A stretch of DNA of 64,000 nt from an uncultured Acidobacteriota bacterium (GTDB lineage Bacteria > Acidobacteriota > Terriglobia > Terriglobales > Acidobacteriaceae). The position numbers were made by a program, and so were the translations under genes. The notes under the pieces were generated by a model. That model made no database searches and had not been told where the DNA came from. It was given only the letters and a program-made list of their open reading frames with translations. Below, one piece after another: positions 43,514 to 53,649 of the stretch (within the stretch, counting starts at the first letter, position 1; each line of letters opens with the position of its first letter). Location: positions 187,204 through 251,203 of the forward strand of contig CAWDNO010000005.1 in NCBI GenBank assembly GCA_963803665.1. The letters are read 5' to 3'.

Positions 43514-44600
43514 TTAGAGGCGAACGAATGCCCCTCTTTGTTTGACCGATTGGTTGGCGGCTTCGAGAAGTTTGACCACGCGAAGGCCGGCGGCGCCGTC
43601 GTTAAAAGGTGTCTTATTTTTTGCAATGCAATCGACAAAGTAGGCAAGTTCTTGCTTGAGCGCCTCGATCTGCTCCACTTGCGGAGACCACATGTCCCCG
43701 GAACGATAATTCACCAGCAGGTTATAGAGCCCTTCGCGGCTGGTGATGTGTACTCCTTTGTCATAAACCTTGATCTTTTCGTCAGCCTCGAGATCGTTCC
43801 AGACCAACATCTTCTTCTCGCAACCGATCAGCGTGGTGCGTACTTTCACTGGCGACAGCCAGTTGACGTTGATGTGGGCAATAATTTTGTTGGGAAAATA
43901 AACCGTGATGAATGCGACGTCTTCGTGGCCGTTCAGATGGGTCTGGCCGGTCGCGGAGACAGCTTCGGGAGTCTCCTTGATCAGATGATCGATTATCGAC
44001 AAATCGTGAGGAGCGAGGTCCCAGATGACATTCACGTCGTGCTGAAACAAGCCCGAGGTTGACGCGCGTGGAATCGTAGTAATAAATGTTGCCCAGCGTC
44101 ACCTTCATCGAGCAGTTGGCCAATCTTTTTCACCGCTCCGGTAAACAGGAAAGTGTGATCGACCATGATTTTCAGATTCTTTTTTCCGCCAAGTTCTATA
44201 AGCTCTTCTGCCTGGGCCGAGTCGCTGGTGAAGGGCTTCTCGACGAACACATGCTTTCCATTTTCCAGGGCAGCCTTGGTCAATTCGTAGTGAGTCCACA
44301 CCGGAGTCACGATGGCAACCGCGTCGATCTCAGTTGATGACACCAGGTCAGCCGTTTCCGAGACGACTCCGATGTGCGGGATAGGTTTTGTGAATCGCGT
44401 TTGCGCGCTGCCGGGCTCTTGTCGCAAACCGTCACCACTTCTGAGCCATCGAACTGGTCAAGGTTTCTGACCACGTTGGGGCCCCAATATCCGTATCCGA
44501 CCACGCCAAATTTGACCACTCCGTCTCCGCGCTCTTTACGCGCGGGATCGGTCAGGAGCGGCTGCGGAAGCTGGCTAGCGGGTTGTAGTACGGTTGACAT
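43514..44600 (-). pseudogene. Gfo/Idh/MocA-family sugar-nucleotide oxidoreductase (WbpB/WlbA-like); 2 frame breaks
   Basis: 44600-44307: KFGVVGYGYWGPNVVRN. 44427-44032: AVAIVTPVWTHYELTKAALENGKHVFVEKP. 44050-43514: IWDLAPHDLSIIDHL. Confidence 0.8.
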
Positions 44601-44612
44601 TCAGAGTCTCCT

Positions 44613-45665
44613 TCAGTACGCGCCGTCTCCAAACACAACTGCGACGGGAGTGCGCATAAGAATTTTCAGATCCATCCAAGGGGACCAGGTTTTGGCGTAC
44701 CGCAAATCAAGACGAACCATATCGTCGAACTTAATGCGACTGCGTCCGTTCACCTGCCACAGTCCGGTAATGCCGGGCTTGGCTTCGAGCACCCGGCGCC
44801 GGTGCCAGATGTCGTAAGCCTCTACTTCATAAGCGATGGCAGGACGCGGACCAACCAGGGACATCTCGCCTTTGAGCACATTGATAAACTGCGGCAACTC
44901 ATCAAGGCTGGTTTTCCGGAGGAAGCTGCCGATGCGGGTGATTCTGGAATCTTTGGTCAGTTTGTAAACGCCGTTGCCAGTTGCCGTTTGATGGCTGGCT
45001 CTGGGCGCTGCCGGCAATCAGTTGTCTTGACGTACGCTTTATGCTCGCTGGCATCGTTGTTGACATACATCGACCGGAACTTCAGGAAGACAAATTGTTC
45101 GCCGTATTGTCCGACCCGCTTCTGGCGAAAGAACACGGGGCCCTTCGAGGTCAGCTTGATGGCAATGGCAATCACGAGAATCAGAGGTGACAAAAACAGC
45201 AGGGCTAGAGCACTGCCGACTGGTGTCCATGATTCGCTTGATGCTGGAGAAGAGTTTTCTGCCATCATCCCGACGAGTCAGGTCGGGATAGAGTTTCGGA
45301 TTGCTCGGCCGTTCGAAAACGTCGTGATTCCATTCTTCCGGGAATAAGTGGAAGGAGATGCTGATCTGATTGAATTGGTGCGAGCTCAGGTTTGTGCGCA
45401 AAGTCTCGCTCACCCTGGTCATGACAGTGGTCAGGATGGTGTTGCGATCGTCCACCCCAAACTCCGTGAACATGACCCCAACAACAATATTGTTCTTGTA
45501 CCAGCCGGTAACGTCGGTCTCCCGGGTGGACAGAGAAAGTGCCGACAGAACCTTGTCCAGCGCCTTCTCGTTGCTATCCGAGTAGAGACCGTCTCCCATA
45601 TCCAGCAGCATCAGCAGGAATGGTTTTCGCGAGCGCTCAGTGCGCTTACGCTCGAGCGAAATCAT
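44613..45665 (-). pseudogene. Polyprenyl-phosphate sugar phosphotransferase (Bac_transf family) with an N-terminal degenerate GGDEF-like domain; 2 frame breaks
   Basis: 45665-~45270: GGDEF-like fold. 45268-~44960: LALLFLSPLILVIAIAIKLTSKGPVFFRQKRVG. 45017-44613: DELPQFINVLKGEMSLVGPRP. Confidence 0.8.
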
Positions 45666-45917
45666 CCTGTGAAACGCTGCCTCATTCAGTACACTGCGTT
45701 CTTCAACCGGTTGAACGTCGTGCTGAAAAAGTATCCAGAGGTGCTATACCGCCTGACCGCCGTACGTTCACGACTGCCCTCTCCTCGTCCTGCTTTTTGG
45801 CGTGCAGGAACAACGGCCTACCCTGTTGAATGTTGTTTTGTGTTTGCCTGTCTGCGGGGGAGTAACAGACCTGGGAAGTAACAATGACTCGGGGGATCAA
45901 AATTGTAAGCTGGGGGT

Positions 45918-46847
45918 TTATTTTTCCGAAGTTGCATCTTCTTGTCGCGCAACTCCTGGACCGTAGCGCTGGTAATAATTGGTATGATCGGTATTCGCGG
46001 ATGATTCACCACCGCGCCCAACAACTTGGACTGTTCAAGCGCCTGTAGACCTTGTTGCAACATGCGCTTCTTGGTGGTTCCTTCGCGAGTGACTAGAAGA
46101 ATTCCGTCTGCCAATCGCGCCCAGACACTGGTATCGGCGAGAGGCAGTATCGGAGGGGAATCGATAATGATCCAGTCAAACCAGGTTGACAGTTGTTTCA
46201 AAAGCTCTGAAAGTCTGCCTGACTGCATCAATTCAAGCGGATTCTCTGGTGGCCGGCCCGCCGGCAGAAGCCACAAGTTTGGGCCTTCCAGTCGGTAGAT
46301 ATGCTGAATCGGGCGCGATTCACCTTGTAACCACTCGCTTAGCCCCGGGAAGATTCCCAGACCGAACTGGTCGACAGCGAGGGACGCCGCAAATCGCCTT
46401 CGAGAAGCAGAATCTTCGGCTGCTGCCTTCGCGCCCAGAATTGCCGCCAGATTTGCCGCCACGGTGGTTTTGCCTTCTTCAGGAATCGTGCTAGTGATCA
46501 AGAGTTTTTTGAGCGGACGGGTTTGCTGCAGCTGTCTTAAGCGAACGCCGAGAAAACGGAATTTTTCCGCGCCAAAGCTTTCCTGGGCGGTAAGGCATAT
46601 AACTTGTTGTCCGGCGGCAACGAGACTGGCAAAGAAAGGAACTGACGCAAATCATCTTTCGCGAAATTGGTAAATTCGACGAATTGAGGAGCGTCAAATT
46701 CGCTCGCAGGGTGAATCCGGTCGGAGCGTGACCGATAGCTTCGCGCTCCACCACTTGCAAAAGTTCGGTCGCAAGTGCCGGGGGTGTTAACGGCGTGCCT
46801 GACCGTTCCGACTCGGACTTCTGTAAAGCCTCAAATATACGGCTCAT
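45918..46847 (-). pseudogene. Polysaccharide co-polymerase tyrosine autokinase (CpsD/CapB-type ATPase, PEP-CTERM-locus type); at least 3 frame breaks
   Basis: Start MSRIFEALQKSESE (ATG 46847). Walker A: ITSTIPEEGKTTVAANLA. Also IIIDSPPILPLADT. Hand-read C-terminal tail ..NYYQRYGPGV..SEK, with the stop at 45918-45920. Confidence 0.75.
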
Positions 46848-47821
46848 GTTTAGTGGCTCCGTTGGCTGCGGCTGCCCGCGGTTCTCCGTGGCTGGATTGC
46901 AATTTTTGCAAGTAGTCATGCAGCAGAAGCAAAGTCTTCGCTGCCCGCCGTGCGTCCCCGTCTTCGTTGGCGTTCGTGATGCAGCCGGGTTGGTGGACGA
47001 CTCCGAGACGGAAGTCTGCGGCGATGTCTTCGATAATGTCCGGCGTCACGCTCTGCGCGATGTCTGCGCGTAGCCTGTAATCAGTGCGTTTTCGCAAACT
47101 GTGTTAATCAGCCGCGGAAAGCCACGCGAATGGCAATGAATTCTTGCAATCGTTTCGGCCGGAAAAAGATCAGCGACGAATTAGAAGTTTGCTCCGGCGA
47201 GCTGCCAGTCGGCGCTGAATGTAGCCTATGGTTTCGTCCAGATTCAATGGCTGAAGCTGTGAGCGCAGCGCAATCCTCTGCTTCAATTGCCGAAGTTCGA
47301 TCGAGTCGAGCTTTTCGTCCAATTCGGGCTGTCCTACCAGCAAGATCTGAAGTAACTTTTCGTTGGTAGTTTCTAAGGTTGGTCAGCAAACGGATTTCTT
47401 CGAGCACCTCTGCCGACAAATGGTGGGCCTCGTCGACTACCAGCACCGTAGTCAGGTTTTTCTGATGCCGGGAGATAACATAGTTACTCAGCACTAAGAG
47501 AAGCTCGCTTTTGTTCTTGCCGCTCACATTGAGCCCGAAATCTCCGGCAACATACTGCAGGAACTCAACTGGAGAGAGCCGGCTATTGAAAACGTAGGCG
47601 TAGGCGACGTCGCTCTGATTCAGCAATTGCAGCAGGCAGCGGACAAGCAGAGTTTTGCCGGTGCCGACTTCTCCGGTCATCACTACGAATCCCTTATGGC
47701 GTCGCACTCCATAATATAGAGCCGCCAACGCCTCATTGTGTCTGCGAGTGGGAAACAGAAAAAACGGGTCCGGCGTAATCTCGAACGGATTACGCTTCAG
47801 GTTGTAGAACGCTTTATACAT
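46831..47821 (-). pseudogene. ExeA-like AAA ATPase (PEP-CTERM-locus secretion ATPase type); at least 3 frame breaks
   Basis: 47821-47108: NPFEITPDPFFLF, GEVGTGKTLL, VLVVDEAHHL. Hand-read SRGFPRLINTVCENALITGYA near 47060-47120. Then 47097-46831. Confidence 0.75.
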
Positions 47822-49444
47822 GGACTGCGATTAGCCTCGGAAGTAGCTTACTGCTGATCCGGCAAGAATAGCAGTAAAAACCAGCGCTGCGGCGGCCCAG
47901 CCTAACCCAGACTTCCTGGCTTGCTTCCTTTCTTCTTCCGCGCTGGTGATGGCCGGAATGTCTGAAATCACGTTGATCGGCAGCATAGTCCTTAAGAGCT
48001 TTCTCGTCATACAGACGATCATCAAGAAATTCTGTCCCACCCGCCAGGGCAGCACCCAAGGCAATCCCAATACCCAAACCGATGCCGCAAAACTTGAGCC
48101 GATTTGGAAAATCAGGTTTTAACGGCAGGCTGGGAGGATCGATCATCTGAAAGTGTTCGCCCTGCTGCAGTAATTCCATGCTGGTAGCCATCTGCGAAGA
48201 GTTCTTCTTTTTCAAAAGCTCGTCGTAATTTGCCTTGGACTGTTCATAGCCACGGGTAAGATCGGCAAACTGCTGTTCCCGCACTGGCTCCTGATTCAAA
48301 CGTGCCTGGTAATCATTAATTTTGGTTTTCAGGGCGGAGATCTCTTGTTCTTTGTTCGCAATGTCGATTTGATTGGCTTTAATTGGCCCTGGAGTTGAAT
48401 CGTCGTCGAGCCGTTTCCGCTATCCATTTCGTCTGAGAGCTGGAGCAACCGGTTTGCCATTTGACGAAGCCTTGGCCGCGGCGGTCTTTAGATCGGCGAG
48501 AGACTTGGTCGCGCATTTTTTCCGTCTTGGCAATCTGATCTCTCAAGTTTCGAACATCGGGATGACGATCGGTGTAGTGCGAGCTGAGATCGGCGAGTTG
48601 CGCCTTAAGTTTTTCCAGTTCTTGATCTAAGGCGGGGATACCCATGGGCGTGCCGTCTCCAGTCTTAGCGTTCTCTGCAGAACACCGGGATTGCTCCAGC
48701 ATGGACTGTAAATAAGCGTTCTGCTGCCGGTCAGCATTGAGGCCATCTTCTTCGCTCTGCAGTTGGGATTGCAGTCCGGTGAGGATTTGAAGATTGCTGG
48801 ACAACTGACTCGGCAATTCGCCGAGGTGCTGATCTTTGTAAACTCGGACCTTTTCTTCCTGCTCGGCCAAAGTCTGTCTGGCCGTTTCCAGCTGTTGTTC
48901 GAGAAACTTCGTCGTGTCTTCCGATTTCTGTTGACGCAATTCCAGATTCTCGCTGATGAAGAGATTTGTTAGCTCCCCAGTCACCTGCTGAGCGACGTGA
49001 GGATCGTGAGAAGAATAATAGATGTTGAATGAGGTAATCTGATTTCGTGTGTCGCGTACCAGCTCAATCTCGATATCTTTGCGCATACGCTCGACCAGCT
49101 CATCCGGATTAAGCCGGCCGCGTTTATCTGCATACAGATTGAGCTCATCGATAATGTGCAAAAGGTGCGTACGACTCAGATATCTGCTGGGTAATGCTTT
49201 GCAAGCGTGCCTGCAAATCATCCGTCACGTTGGGAGTAACGTAATCTCTTGGCATGCTCGGTTGTTCGACCAGAATCAGCGTGCCCGACTTATATACGCG
49301 GGGCAGAACCCAACTTGCACTCCAGACCACCAGCCAGCCAAGGAAAAAAGGTATCAGGAAATACATATGTCGACGGCGAATCACGTCGGCATACTGCTGG
49401 AGGTTGACGCCTTCTTCCGGTTTCTCTTCTAACTCATCTAGCAT
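47814..49444 (-). pseudogene. Polysaccharide chain-length determinant (Wzz/GumC family); at least 2 frame breaks
   Basis: 49444-49145: N-terminal TM plus YKSGTLILVE. 49221-48379: long coiled coil. 48299-47814: MIDPPSLPLKPDFPNRLKF plus C-terminal TM. Confidence 0.8.
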
Positions 49445-49457
49445 AAAATTTCTCGTG

Positions 49458-50808
49458 CTATTCGCCGAGCGGACGCGAGAACTGATACGAAATATTGACT
49501 GCCACGCGATCTCGGTTAGGAGCTGCGGACAACACAGCTACGTCGCTATAGCTCTGGTGCAAGTGCATATATTGCAATTGCAAGTTCAAATGCTCTCCGA
49601 CCTGGCGCTGCACGGACGCGCTGCCCGAAACTGTATGCCCGCTGGTGTTGAATATAGCCAGTGGATCCAGCATGTTGTTGTCCGCGTAACTTCCGCCCAG
49701 TGATGTGCTCAAGTTGCGAATGATTTGCCGGCGGACTGAGGCGTTCGCGCTTATCGCCTGAACCGCTCCGGATAAACCGCCGCCATCATTAATGGCTCGC
49801 GAGGCGCTGACGGCGAAACTGGTCAATCTTCCTTGCCAGCCCATGCTGGCCCCGCCGGCTGGAGACCATCCCGTCGTCGTCGGCAAGCCAAACTGCCGAG
49901 TGTTGGCCTATTGCGGACCGCCAAACAGGGAAATGGAAACGGTCGGTTTCAGATAGAGAGTATAGAAAAGGAAGACGCTATGAGCTGTCGTCTGACTTTG
50001 TCCGAGCGTCGGATATGCCAGGAAATTCTGGTATTGATAGGTTGCGCCGAGGTAGTGCATTTTCGACAGGCGGCGATTGTAAAAAGCCGAGCCTGCTCTT
50101 GAACTTGAATCGCCAAGTCCAGGGACTTGCGATTGATTCGGATAGTGCAGGTTCGCAAAAGTTCCGCTGGCTCCGACCATGCCATTGGGGCTGAACTGGT
50201 AAGTGAGCGAAGCGTTCGCAGTGTTCGAAAGCACGTCAGCGAGTGGCGCGATTACAGATGAGTTAGGAACAAACACCGAGCCCGAAACCGGCTGAGCAAA
50301 ATCCTGATTCGGCTGATTGAGCACATTCGATGTTTTAAGGAAAGAATCCCGCAAACCGAGCGTCACATGCGGACTGAGGCGATAGCTCAGATTTATCCCC
50401 AGATTCTGGTCGGCTTGATTCAACCCGCTGGTCTTCTGGTAGAGAGTAAATCCCGGACTATAGTTGAACACCCAGTGAAAGCGCGAACGCGTCTGATCGA
50501 GTGAAATTGTCGGCCAAACCGAATAACTGACGTCGCTCACCGGCTGTCCGATTGGCGCCGATCGTCGCGTCGGTATCGTATGCGCTGCTGAACACTAATC
50601 CTCCGCGCAGATAATTCGCACGCGTCTCGGAGGTAAAGCCCATTGAGTAGCCTTCACCACTTATCGGGGCCGGCATCAACATTCCGGTGCCGCTACCTCC
50701 GGTGCCAGTTGCGGCGACTGCGGCACTCGAGGTGTCGACCTGCGCCCAAACGGACGCGCAGAGCAAGATGATTGCGATCAAGATTTGAGTTAGCATGTGT
50801 AATCTCAC
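49458..50808 (-). pseudogene. Outer-membrane beta-barrel protein of the EPS-locus type; 2 frame breaks
   Basis: Signal peptide MLTQILIAIILLCASVWAQ. Alternating beta-strand pattern in 50808-50458, 50540-49908 and 49886-49458, ending ..NISYQFSRPLGE. Paralogous to 63123->64000. Confidence 0.65.
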
Positions 50809-51471
50809 GGGACCACAACGGTGTCGCGCGGCTGGAGCTTTATGTTCTGGGCCGAGTTCTTGCCTTTGATGACATCTTTATAGTTAAAGGGCAAGCGCGA
50901 CTCCCGCCGTCCGGATTCTGGCGGAGGATGTAGATGGATTTTTGCTTGGCAAAGTCGCGGAATCCGCCGGCTGTCGCAATAGCGTCCAACACGGTGGAAG
51001 AGTTTGTCAGCGGGTACGATCCGGGCTTCGTGACCATCCCGAGAATATTGAATTTCTGGCTTTTGACTTCCGTGACGATGACGGTGACTTCAGGTTCGGA
51101 GATAAAACTTTGCAGCTTGGTGGCTAGCTCCTTCTCCAGTTGACGCGGCGTCTCTCCGCTGGCTTGCACTTCTCCGGCTAAAGGTACGGATATTTTCCCA
51201 TCCGAACGAACCGGAACCGTACGCGATACTTCGGGCTCTTTCCAAACGTTGATGGCCAGAACGTCATCGGCACCAATAATGTAAGTGTCATCGTGGGGAG
51301 GACCTGCGGTTGCGCCAGTATTTGCATCAGCAGCGGTTGTCTGAGCTTCTGACTTGGTGTTGTCGGCATTTTTGCTGTATCAGTTTGCGCCGCCAGCCAA
51401 CCAGAGATCAGTATGCACATGCCGAACATTCCGATCCTGCGGCAAGTACTTTTTTTGCTGTCGTTTTTCAT
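50805..51471 (-). pseudogene. Polysaccharide export protein (Wza/EpsE-like periplasmic component); 2 frame breaks
   Basis: Hand translation: YIIGADDVLAINVWKEPEVSRTVPVRSDGKISVPLAGEVQASGETPRQLE...NIKLQPRDTVVVP, stop at 50805. Colinear with the intact copy at 62446-63114. The stop overlaps the OMP GTG (GTGA). Confidence 0.8.
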
Positions 51472-51511
51472 GATTTGCTCCAAACTGAGCAATGGTGTCT
51501 CCTGGCGAATG

Positions 51512-53098
51512 CTAAACTCGCTTTCCATTTCCTCGAGTTCCATTAGCTGAAAATGAGGAAGGATGGGTTTCCGACGAACTCATGTGATATTGCTCGATCT
51601 TATACAGTAACGTCCGATAGCTGACCTTCAGCAATCGCGCCGCGGCTTTCCGGTTCCAGCCCGTCTTCTCCAGAGCCGTAGCGATGGCATTTCTCTCCGC
51701 TTCGTACCGGACGCTTTGTACCAGAGACTTCAGCGAGTTGAGACTAGCCGGCCGCTCCTCATCTTGTTCGGCAAAATCTTGCCTCGCAAAATCTTGGTCG
51801 GCAAAACCTTGGTCTGCAAAATGAGTCTCCCTGATAGGGTCCAACTTCGCAGTGAGCCTTGCCGTTCTTGAGGGGGGTGCTCTGACCTCGGTGTGGCGAA
51901 GATTAACTCTTTGTCTCCCATCATCAAATAGCGCTTCACAAACTCCTCAATCTCATGAAGATTTCCTGGCCACGAATACGCATGGCAGGCATCGAGCACG
52001 GAAGGTGAGAAAGTGCGCGCAGGCAGGCCGTAATGCTTTGCCAGATGATGCATGAAATGACGAAGCAGCAGTGGAAGCTCATCTTTGCGCTGTCGCAACG
52101 GTGGAGTCTGCATCGTGAAGGCGCTCAACCGATAATAAAGGTCTTCACGCAGCTTCTTTTCAGACAGCGCCCGATCGATATTGGCGCTGGTAGCCGCCAG
52201 AATTCTCACGTCTACGCTGACCGTGGCGCCACTGCCAGGACGGAAGAACTGTTTGTTCTGCAATACTTGTAATAACTTGCTCTGGACGCTGGTGGGCATC
52301 TCTGTAATTTCGTCCAGCAGAATCGTCCCTTTTTCACACAATTCCAGCTTGGCTGCTTTGGATCGGACTGAGCCGGTGGAATCGCTTCGCTCGTAACCGA
52401 ATAGTTCAGTTTCCAGCAGATCGCCAGGCAGCGCCGCACAATTTACCTTAAGAAATTTGAATCCGGATCGGACGGACAGCTTGTGAATGAGCCGGGCAGT
52501 AGTGTCTTTTCCGCTGCCAACTTCTCCCAGGATCAGCACCGGAACACTGGCTTGAGCCAGCAATTCTGCCTGGGCGCGAAGTTTGCGCATGATTGGACTG
52601 GCGCTCACAAAAAACGCCTCTTCGCTGACCTGTTCGATGTCGTCGCTGGCGATCTCTACGGCAATGGATTGGCCTGCGCGAATTCAGCTGGCCGGAAATC
52701 GTGGTTTCAAGCTTCTTGTCTTCGATCGGCCGGACCAGATAATCCTGGGCGCCCAGCCGAATTGCTTCATTTTTTCGCCCGGCATCGTCGGGATGACAAA
52801 CCAAAATAATCGGCAAGTTGGGACGAAGCCTTCGCAACCAACGCAAGATGTGCAGGCTGTCTGCATCTCCCCGGGGCAGATCCAGCAAAAGCAGATCGGG
52901 AGTCGTACCCCCTTGGACCGATTCCAGCGCTTCCCAGCCACTACCCACGGTTTCCAGTTGCCAGGAATTCGCTTCAGCAATCGACCAGAGCGAACGGGCC
53001 ACGCCGGGATCTTTACTGACAGCCAGCACGCGTGCGGCTTCGATTGAATTTTCCATCATGGAGTTGGAAATTTTTTGAATTAGCGGAAGGGGTTGCAA
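51512..53098 (-). pseudogene. Sigma-54-type enhancer-binding response regulator (REC-AAA+-HTH) with a degenerate GAFTGA loop; 2 frame breaks
   Basis: 53098-52448: REC, DLLLLDLPRGD. 52608-51730: GEVGSGKD Walker A, GTILLDEI, RILAATS, WPGNLHE. 51844-51512: Fis-type HTH, WNRKAAARLLKVSYRTLLYKI. Confidence 0.8.
51761..51820 (-). repeat. 15-nt tandem repeat x4 inside the activator linker (FADQG FADQD FARQD FAEQD)
   Basis: The plus strand reads ggcaaaatcttg / gcaaaatcttg / ggcaaaaccttg / gcaaaatgag with a 15-nt period. The unit is absent from the paralog at 60926-62407. Confidence 0.7.
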
Positions 53099-53101
53099 CT
53101 C

Positions 53102-53649
53102 TTAAACAGGTTCGACGTCGTAGCCCTGAATACGAACTGCTAAAGATCTTTGAATTGCGTCGACGGACACCACCAATGTGTTGTCATCATTTCGCGTAAC
53201 CAGAATGCCTTCAACACCCTCCAGTGCGCCCCCGCGTACTCGCACCCGCTGTCCGATCTGAAGAAATGGATGAGTGCTCCAAGGAATCTGCTGTCCGATT
53301 AGAGTGCGAACCGCGTCGATTTGCGATTCCGCAATCGGCGTACCCAGACCGGAAGCGCCCACGAACCTGAACACACCGTCGATTTTCAGTACTTGCAATC
53401 GATGCTCTCCGGTCGAGGTAATTTCACGAAAACGTAGCAGCCAAAAAGCGGCACTTCTACGGATTTTCGCCGATCGCTCCAGCGATGCACTTCAGTGACT
53501 AACGGCAGGAAGGTATTGATGCCTTGTTCGCGCAACCGCTGCGCGATCACTCGTTCGTGGCGAGCGCGAGTGTGCACCGCGTACCAAGTTTCCGTGTTCA
53601 CTTCAGTCATTGGCGGGGTGTTCGGGAGCTCCCACGACTGGGCCGGCAC
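53102..53649 (-). pseudogene. NusG/RfaH-paralog transcription antiterminator (UpxY-like); 1 frame break near 53400-53420
   Basis: 53649-53386: WYAVHTRARHERVIAQRLREQGINTFLPLVTEVHRWSDRRKSVEVPLFGCYVFV. 53398-53102: KOW-like GQRVRVRGGALEGVEGILV. Confidence 0.8.
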
